Below are positions 1 to 6,431 of a stretch of 8,933 nt of DNA, piece by piece. The notes below the pieces were generated by a model that saw nothing but the letters and a program-made list of their open reading frames with translations, did no database searches and was not told the origin of the DNA. The DNA is taken from positions 1 to 8,933 of the forward strand of contig NW_021828311.1 in the NCBI RefSeq assembly GCF_006345805.1, given 5' to 3'. Numbering within the stretch: position 1 is the first letter of the stretch; every line of letters begins with the position of its first letter. The position numbers were made by a program, and so were the translations under genes. Source of the stretch: Octopus sinensis. Its lineage: Eukaryota.

Positions 1-55
1 TTAAAAACAAAATAAATGACATACAAATAGTTATAAAACAAAAGTCAGAATTTAC

Positions 56-132
56 CTGTATAAGACGCTTACGTGTAGCGATACTGCTGATGGGAGTTGT
101 ATACCTCTCGTATCTCATCAGAAAAACTGTGC
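56..132 (-). CDS. Candidate 77-nt internal exon of an unidentified gene
   Basis: On the minus strand an acceptor TTTCCTTCTATCAG|G (AG at 134-133) and a donor CAG|GTAAAT (GT at 55-54) bracket non-repetitive sequence. One frame is open end to end: (G)TVFLMRYERYTTPISSIATRKRLIQ, phase 1 in and phase 0 out. No homology recognised. Confidence 0.35.
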
Positions 133-265
133 CTGATAGAAGGAAACCGATTACATTTTTGAAATCTACGGACAAAACTACATATAAAACACCATATAAT
201 ATCCCTGATGAAAATTGGCTGTTGATCAGTGTTATTCGGTCATGGCTTACTCTCTAAATGCTTAC

Positions 266-415
266 CTGACTTAACACCATTACCTGTTACTTGCATGACT
301 TTAGCGGAAACAACTCCGTTGCAAGCATTCGGGTTTGGTCTCAAGACTGACGTTAGCCCCCCTCCAACCAATCATGGAAGTCCTGAAAAGATACCTGCGC
401 ATGGTCCTTATTCTT
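266..415 (-). other. Candidate 150-nt exon, at most partly coding (UTR or ncRNA exon possible)
   Basis: Minus-strand CTAAC branch-like motif (456-452), long pyrimidine tract and CTTAG| acceptor (AG at 417-416); donor CAG|GTAAGC (GT at 265-264). All three frames contain a stop. An ATG at 296-294 gives MQVTGNGVKS+G, which is phase-compatible with the 132-56 exon across a 133-nt GT-AG intron. Confidence 0.35.
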
Positions 416-593
416 CTAAGACATTTAAAAAGTAAATGAAGATAAAGATATGTTAGCACTTCCTTCGATATTGATTTAGACATTTCATTTCAGTTGGTAA
501 ACGCTTGCTTAATTGTAACTCGTGGATATGGACGATTTTCCGGTTCCCTTGGTTCCAAAGCCTTCCCGGATTACGGATTGTTTTCGAACCAAG

Positions 594-614
594 GGTGGTG
601 GTGGTGGTGGTGGT
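594..614. repeat. (GGT)7 microsatellite
   Basis: Seven perfect GGT units read directly. Confidence 0.95.
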
Positions 615-649
615 CACCTTGGTCAACACACTCTAAATTAAACAAATAT

Positions 650-869
650 CGGTTTCAAATTTTAGCACTACGCTAGCAATTTCGAGGGGAAGGGTTAAGT
701 CGATTAGATCGACCCCAATATTCAACTGGTACTTATTTTATCGACCCCACCCCCAAAGGATAAAAGTCAAAGTCGACCTCAGTGGAATTCAGACTCAGAA
801 CGTTAAGACGGACGAAATGCCGCTTATCATTTTGACCAGCGGTTTAACGAGTCTGACTTCTCACCACCT
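650..869 (-). mobile_element. tRNA-derived SINE, family A (full length, short tail), with 16-bp TSD
   Basis: Exact direct repeat TAAATTAAACAAATAT at 634-649 and 870-885. Segment 695-869 aligns with the SINE at 4682-4850 in this window. Degenerate A-box/B-box head on the minus strand (GGTGGTGAGAAGTCAGACTCGTT...GTTCTGAGTCTGAATTCC). Confidence 0.92.
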
Positions 870-1023
870 TAAATTAAACAAATATTAAATTTATTTAAGT
901 AATTAAATGGAATACGGGTACCTATACATTAGTATAAACCTTACAAGTTTATCAGTACTGTGGTGTGTAAAGTACCCCTAAAGTTTGAAAGCCACGGGAA
1001 TTTGAAGTTCCTGCTTGTAGATT

Positions 1024-1325
1024 TATTTTTTTTATGCGCCCTTTTCAAGCCTAGCCAGGCTCGAGGGCCCGGTTTCCCGGTTTCTATGACGTATGTGTTC
1101 CCCCCAGCTGAACGGGTCGCCAGTCCATCGCAATGTTACTGAAGAAACAGGAAGAAAGTTGTGGTGAAAGAGTACAACAGGAGTCCCACCATTCCCTGCC
1201 GGAGCCTCGTGGAGCTTTAGGTGTTTTCGCTCAATAAACACACACAATGCCCGGTCTGAGAATCGAAACCGCGATCCTACGACCGCGAGTCCGCCGTCCT
1301 AACCACTAGGCCATTGCGTATCCAC
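1024..1325 (-). mobile_element. tRNA-derived SINE, family B, short-tail variant, with 11-bp TSD
   Basis: Exact direct repeat GCTTGTAGATT at 1013-1023 and 1326-1336. A-box TGGCCTAGTGG, B-box-like GGTTTCGATTC and an A-rich 3' end. 1143-1325 aligns with 3780-3970. Confidence 0.93.
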
Positions 1326-1409
1326 GCTTGTAGATTAGCGTGGATTATAAGAGATTGCGGACCATCAGTAACCGGAAAGTCTGAGTTGTGTCTGTATCAT
1401 TGTTTAGTC

Positions 1410-1718
1410 CTGTGGTTCCCCAACTTTTTCGGGCTGTCGCCCCCTTGACACCCAGGCCACATTCCTAGTGCCCTACCCCAACTAACCATTACAAATGTGG
1501 ACCTTTTTCTGAAGAAAATTCAAAGCCACTGTATTTCACAAATAAAACTAACCTAACGAACCCATTATTTTGTTTGCTTTTACATGAACCACCACCCCTT
1601 TATCACCCCAATCTTTACATGAATCGCTACCCCATTATCGCTCCACTTTTTTTCAACATCCCTTTGGAACTTTCCACAGCCCCCAAGGGAGCAATACTCA
1701 CCACTTTGGGAACCGCTG
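1410..1718. mobile_element. Non-autonomous hAT (Charlie-like) DNA transposon / MITE, 309 bp
   Basis: Exact 8-bp TSD GTTTAGTC at 1402-1409 and 1719-1726. Imperfect TIRs CTGTGGTTCCCCAACT and rc CAGCGGTTCCCAAAGT (12/16 match), plus similar subterminal GC(C/T)CCCTTG motifs at both ends. An 8-bp TSD with CAG-type termini is characteristic of hAT. Confidence 0.9.
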
Positions 1719-1949
1719 GTTTAGTCTCATGTCAGGCTTGGCTGCGAGTACTTATGGTTAAAGACTTTCTACCCGCGACCATGCCGTTTTTTCTGTAGCC
1801 ATACACTAATCAATGAACCCTTTTTTTAAAAAATATATCTCAACGATAATATTTTTCTGTCTCACAAAAAAATAGGGGTAGTTTTTGAAGGAGAATTGGC
1901 TGCTATTTCTAGTAGGTCCAGTAACCGACTACATAGGGGCTCCCTCGTT

Positions 1950-2345
1950 TGCTTGTAAGGCTGGGGCATGGTGCTCTTGTGATGGTATGTGTTGCGTGGG
2001 GGGCGGGTTATGCGGTGTAGAGTGTTGATTATTAGAAGTACAACGCTCACTAATTGCTCACACGACTCCACCCGTTCCATCCACCCCACACACTCAAGCA
2101 CACAAGCACACACAATCACACATACACACGCATTCATACGACACTCACCTTCGTTCAACCCTATCTCCCACCCGAATATAGCTAACTTCCCTCCACCCGC
2201 AATAAGCCTCACATTCCACCCTCTAACATACACCCACGCACCTCAACACACCTGGCAGCCCCTAATGCGTAACCTCGCTCCCACCAGCAACCACAGCAAA
2301 TGTACTTACATACCCACCGTCAAGCCAACACCTAAAAACAGGCAG
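1950..2345. repeat. Highly degenerate low-complexity tract, G/T-rich then C/A-rich
   Basis: Strand composition switches near 2035 from GT-rich to CA-rich and grades into a perfect (CA)n at 2347. Confidence 0.6.
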
Positions 2346-2346
2346 G

Positions 2347-2360
2347 CACACACACACACA

Positions 2361-2406
<46 letters not shown>

Positions 2407-2716
2407 GCACACACAAACATATTCACACAGTTTAACAATGCACACTTAAACACACGTATCTTTGAATATATATTATTATACATGCAGCCGCGTGCACACA
2501 CACACACACACACATACACACATTGACATATACATAACTATCTTCCTTTCCTACATAACCACTCGCATAACTTCAAAGGGTCCACAGGCCACCCACGCAT
2601 GAAACTTGACATACGTAAAACACACTTATATACGAATGAATGCAACCAAGATAACCCATACGCTCTCATACAATCTCTAACTTTTACACACACACACACA
2701 ATGACACACACACACA

Positions 2717-2765
<49 letters not shown>
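2347..2765. repeat. Cluster of (CA)n microsatellites (about 2347-2416, 2495-2523, 2686-2765)
   Basis: Read directly; source of the HTHT/CVCV ORFs. Confidence 0.97.
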
Positions 2766-2766
<1 letters not shown>

Positions 2767-2879
2767 TGTCTGTGTCTCTCCCTTTCGTTAATGCGGGCAC
2801 AATTGCAAACACAAATACACTCAAGCATATGCATAACATCAACCTAATATTACACGCAGGTAACTGCTTGTGCGTGCAC

Positions 2880-2880
<1 letters not shown>

Positions 2881-2937
<57 letters not shown>

Positions 2938-3069
2938 GAGTGTGTGTGTGTGTAGTCACGAGAGTGTGAATGTGACACCCACGGGCGCGCGTGTGTATGT
3001 GTATGTGTGTGTGTGTGTGTCAGTAATGTGTGTGCATGCGCCCGCGTATGTGATGCAACCGTGTGTGTA

Positions 3070-3145
<76 letters not shown>

Positions 3146-3278
3146 TTGTGTGGGCATGTGTGTGTCAGTGATGTGTGTGTATGAGCGCACGTATGTGATG
3201 TAACCGTGTGTATATGCGTGTGTGTATGAGCATATGTGTGTGTGCCAATAATGTGTGTGTGTGTGTCAGTAATGTATG

Positions 3279-3337
<59 letters not shown>

Positions 3338-3560
3338 AAATGTATGTGGGTGTGTATGTACCCAGACTCAGTCTTTTGGATAAGATCAAAGTGTAATATA
3401 TATGAATTTATATGTATATTTGTGTATGTGTATGTACACACACACACACACACACACACACACCACACACATACACACACACACATATATACATACATAC
3501 CTGTGTATATATATACATATATATATATGTATACATACATACATTACATACATGTGTATA
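2881..3560. repeat. Compound (TG)n/(TA)n/(CA)n microsatellite array
   Basis: Read directly; contains a repeated interrupting cassette (see findings). Confidence 0.97.
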
Positions 3561-3779
3561 TACATATATTCGTTTGGGGATTTGGTTTGCAAGATTCTCA
3601 TTGTGAATTCGTGTGTTGAAGTATATTTTGTTGTGTCTGCGGCGAGTCATTCTCTTTTAGTTTCTTATAATTTAACACACTCACCGGTAAAATTTACACT
3701 CATTTACTTATTTTTCTAGAATTTTCGTTGCGTCTTGCAACCTTTTCAATAATTGTTGACTCTCTATATATACTATTTT

Positions 3780-4155
3780 TGGAGGCGCAATAGCCCAGTG
3801 GTAAGGGCAGCAGACTCACGGTCATAGGATCGTGGTTTCGAATCCCAGACTGGGCGTTGTGAGTGTTTATTGAGCGTAAACACCCAAAGCTCCACAATGC
3901 TCCGGCAGGCGGTAGTGGCGAACCCTGCTGTATTCTCTCACCACAACTTCCACTCTTTCTTCCTGTTTCTGTTGTACCTGTATTTTAAAAGGCCAGCCTT
4001 GTCACACTCTGTGTCACGCTGAATCTCCCTGAGAATTACGTTAAGGGTACACGTGTCTGTGGAGCGCTCAGCCACTTACACGTTGATTTCACGAGCAGAC
4101 TGTTCCGTTGATCAGATCAACTGGAACCCTCGTCGTCGTAACCGACGGAGTGCCA
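3780..4155 (+). mobile_element. tRNA-derived SINE, family B, long-tail variant
   Basis: Perfect A-box TAGCCCAGTGG (3791-3801) and B-box-like GGTTTCGAATCC (3834-3845). Head resembles tRNA-Arg by eye. 3780-3970 aligns with 1325-1143. No clear TSD; the 3' end is approximate. Confidence 0.9.
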
Positions 4156-4433
4156 CGACTAATTCAATATACATTAATAAAGGTAAGTTTAACACATTAA
4201 ATTAACGCCGCCACTGAATTTAGGACGTTTATATTACTTATGAGGTCGTCTATATTTTTCAGCTGGAGTGTATTTTGGTCTCAAGGAGGTGGTACAAACC
4301 TAGCAATATGTGTTTTATAGTGAAAGCAAAATTTCCATTCAAATGGCAATTACCGGACGATTTTCTGTTCAAGTCTAACCGTTTTATGTCGTAGTAGAAA
4401 CGCGACCTATGTCGAAAATGGGCATAGGAATAT

Positions 4434-4850
4434 TTATTTCTTCATTGCTCACAGGGGGGCTAAACATAGAAGAGACAAACAAGGACAGACAAATGGATTA
4501 AGTCGATTATATCGACCCCAGTGCGTAACTGGTACTTAATTTATTGACCCCGAAAGGATGAAAGGCAAAATCGACCTCTGTGGAATTTGAACTCAGAATG
4601 TAGCGGCAGACGAAATACCTATGTCTTTACTACCCACAAGGGGCTACACACAGAGAGGACAAACAAGGACAGACAAACGGATTAAGTCGATTACATCGAC
4701 CCCAGTGCGTAACTGGTACTTAATTTATCGACCCCGAAAGGATGAAAGGCAAAGTGGACCTCGGCGGAATTTGAACTCAGAACGTAACGGCAGACGAAAT
4801 ACGGCTACGCATTTCGCCCGGCGTGCTAACGTTTCTGCCAGCTCGCCGCC
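4434..4850 (-). mobile_element. Tandem dimer of family-A SINE: head + unit (4850-4619) followed by a headless unit (4618-4434)
   Basis: 184-bp period between 4474-4618 and 4658-4802 (9 mismatches in 145 bp). Intact head GGCGGCGAGCTGGCAGAAACGTTAGC and B-box GAGTTCAAATTCC on the minus strand. Confidence 0.93.
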
Positions 4851-4920
4851 CTTAGACAGGAGAATATTCTATACATTTTATAATTGAAAGATTGACTATA
4901 TTTTGTACATTCGAGTATAC

Positions 4921-4992
4921 CAGCCTGCGGGCGCAATAAAATAGGCTCGCGTGCGCAATTGGGCCCACAGGCGGGGTTTTCCCCCACCCCTG
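4921..4992. mobile_element. Probable orphan terminus of a hAT-type MITE
   Basis: GC-rich island in AT-rich DNA. The reverse complement reads CAGGGGTGGGGGAAAACCCCGCCTGTGGGCCC..., similar to Charlie-type termini. No partner TIR or matching TSD found. Confidence 0.45.
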
Positions 4993-5214
4993 CACTAAAC
5001 GGATATTTCAAGCAAATACAGGATGTAACAGAAAAATTATCCCATGCATTATACGGTCATTGATGAAGCCCTAGTAAAGCTATGCAGGTGATAAGGGTGT
5101 TTTCACTTAGCTAATGTTCTATCATTTTGCTTTTAGTTGCTTTTTATCGTTTTAATCGGGGTATGCCGTGCGTTTGATGTTGAAACTTTCGTCATCTTGT
5201 AAAAAGGCGGGTGT

Positions 5215-5411
5215 TTGCGGTCTTTTGTTGTTTTTTGTTTTTTTGTTTTTTGGTCGCACTCTGTTAATGGACGTAAATCATATACTAAAGAAACCGACAT
5301 AAATACTATTACTATTACGACGATGACGCCGATCACCACCACCACCACCACCACCACCACCACGACTACCATCGCCACGACTACCACCAACACCACCACT
5401 ACTATTACTTT

Positions 5412-5448
<37 letters not shown>

Positions 5449-5456
5449 GCTACTAT

Positions 5457-5502
<46 letters not shown>

Positions 5503-5516
5503 GCTGCTACTATTAC

Positions 5517-5552
<36 letters not shown>

Positions 5553-5865
5553 CACTACTTCTATTATTACTGCGTCTACTATGACCACTACTACCACCAA
5601 CACCAACACCACTACAACCACTACCACCACCACAACCACCACCACTACCATCACCACCACTACTACTATTATTACTACGACTAATGCGACCACTACCACT
5701 ACCACTACCACAACCACTACTACTACTACGACTACTACTACTACTACTACTACTATTACATCTACTACTACCACTACTACCATCACCACCACTACCACAA
5801 CAACTACTACTACTAATACGACGACGACGACGACCACCACCACCACCACAACCACCACACTACTA

Positions 5866-5903
<38 letters not shown>

Positions 5904-5990
5904 ACGCCCAATGCCGTTACTACTCTTACTATCGTTCAACCAGGGCAACAGCAGAAACTTGCACTGCAGAAACTTCCAGAACCAGTTGAA
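5215..5990 (+). CDS. Possible mucin-like Thr-rich exon with one frameshift at 5857-5858 (or a non-coding repeat)
   Basis: Thr frame open from 5203; its first segment LRSFVVFCFFVFWSHSVNG looks like a signal peptide but starts at TTG with no ATG. Adding 1 nt at 5857-5858 continues it as T8-A7-TPNAVTTLTIVQPGQQQKLALQKLPEPVE, followed by GAA|GTAAAT and AT-rich sequence. Confidence 0.3.
5305..5903. repeat. Compound trinucleotide array (ACT/ACC/ACG/ACA with ATT, AAC and GCT blocks)
   Basis: Read directly; one triplet register is held from ~5305 to 5858, then shifts by one base. Confidence 0.97.
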
Positions 5991-6235
5991 GTAAATTAAT
6001 TAAAATCAAAATTAAAATTAATAGAATAAAAGGAATTCTCTGTTGGTAAATGATAAACTGCATAAGAAGTCAAACTGCTTCCACGGAGGAAAGGAACCCA
6101 TAGGTAAAGCTTAAGAAAGCAGCAGAAGTGTAGGTGTTAACGGAGAAAATGCCTGTAGATGTAATAGGGAAATGAGATTAACTGCGGGTTTGTACACCTC
6201 GGGTACTCTCAGAGATTCGTTCAACAGAATGGTTT

Positions 6236-6358
6236 TACAGTTCTGTATTTAAGAGATGAGGAATTATGTACATTGTTTACATTTGACGGATATTTGTCCT
6301 CATCTTGTTTGTTGTTAGACACAGCGTTTTGGCTGATATACTCTCCAGCCTTCATCAG
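6236..6358 (-). mobile_element. Penelope-like element (pLTR-type) fragment
   Basis: Begins with a hammerhead-like core. The family assignment comes from the known PLE-hammerhead association and recalled similarity to octopus repeats. The left boundary is approximate. Confidence 0.5.
6318..6358 (-). ncRNA. Degenerate type I hammerhead ribozyme motif
   Basis: Minus strand: CTGATGA-A-GGCTG-(GAGAGTATAT)-CAGCC-AAAA-CGCTGT-GTC. Perfect 5-bp stem II at the correct spacing. G12 is replaced by A and stem I is poor. Confidence 0.55.
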
Positions 6359-6431
6359 TATATTATGATATAACATAATAAACTATGAATATAATATAAG
6401 AAAAACAAAGACACTAATATATATATATATA

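Noticed and set aside
90-119. Minus-strand CTGATGA-G-ATAC-GAGAG-GTAT, resembling a hammerhead core plus stem II
   Set aside because: Followed by ACAACT rather than GAAA, with no stem III or cleavage triplet. The CTGATGA at ~204 (+) also lacks downstream elements.
3-257. + strand frame open from the window edge for 85 codons, with a hydrophobic stretch (RRLRVAILLMGVVYLSYLIRK)
   Set aside because: No recognisable homology and no supporting + strand splice sites. It is the antiparallel frame of the better-supported minus-strand exon candidate.
546-595. 10-bp inverted repeat CCCTTGGTTC / GAACCAAGGG with a 30-nt spacer
   Set aside because: No TSD or other context; one such repeat is plausible by chance in 9 kb.
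1320-1345. 9-bp hairpin ATCCACGCT / AGCGTGGAT spanning the SINE head and TSD
   Set aside because: Short, partly created by the insertion, and not seen at the other family-B copy.
1730-1950. Possible decayed SINE head (1730-1790) and a segment (1866-1950) that recalls an octopus interspersed repeat
   Set aside because: The similarity is weak or from memory only, with no second copy, TSD or terminus in the window.
1862-3719. Many ORFs rich in HT, CV, YI or TH dipeptides (also 6568-7883)
   Set aside because: Translations of dinucleotide microsatellites, which lack stop codons in most frames.
3600-3765. AT-rich stretch that recalls an octopus interspersed repeat
   Set aside because: No termini, TSD or second copy visible; cannot be supported without a database search.
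3781-3855. Possible functional tRNA gene (also 1255-1325 and 8011-8080)
   Set aside because: Acceptor and anticodon stems do not pair properly, there is no poly-T terminator, and each continues into SINE body sequence.
4250-4294. + strand micro-exon candidate TTTTTCAG|...GAG|GTGGTA
   Set aside because: Weak donor, only 26 nt, and no supporting neighbouring exons.
4434-4802. CRISPR-like or satellite interpretation of the 184-bp tandem
   Set aside because: Only two units, no spacers or cas genes, eukaryotic context, and the units are SINE bodies.
4422-4868. Possible TSD around the SINE dimer (AGGAATATT versus AGGAGAATATT)
   Set aside because: Imperfect and not directly adjacent to the element head.
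5017-5045. TA-CAGGATGTAACAGAAAAATTATCCCAT as a mariner-like TIR
   Set aside because: No partner TIR and only loose resemblance.
5133-5948. 271-aa poly-Val ORF on the minus strand
   Set aside because: Antisense reading of the ACN array; an implausible protein composition.
6060-6180. Minus-strand acceptor TTTCCCTATTACATCTACAG|G followed by GIFSVNTYTSAAFLSFTYGFLSSVEAV*
   Set aside because: Short, ends in a stop without a donor, and has no recognisable homology.
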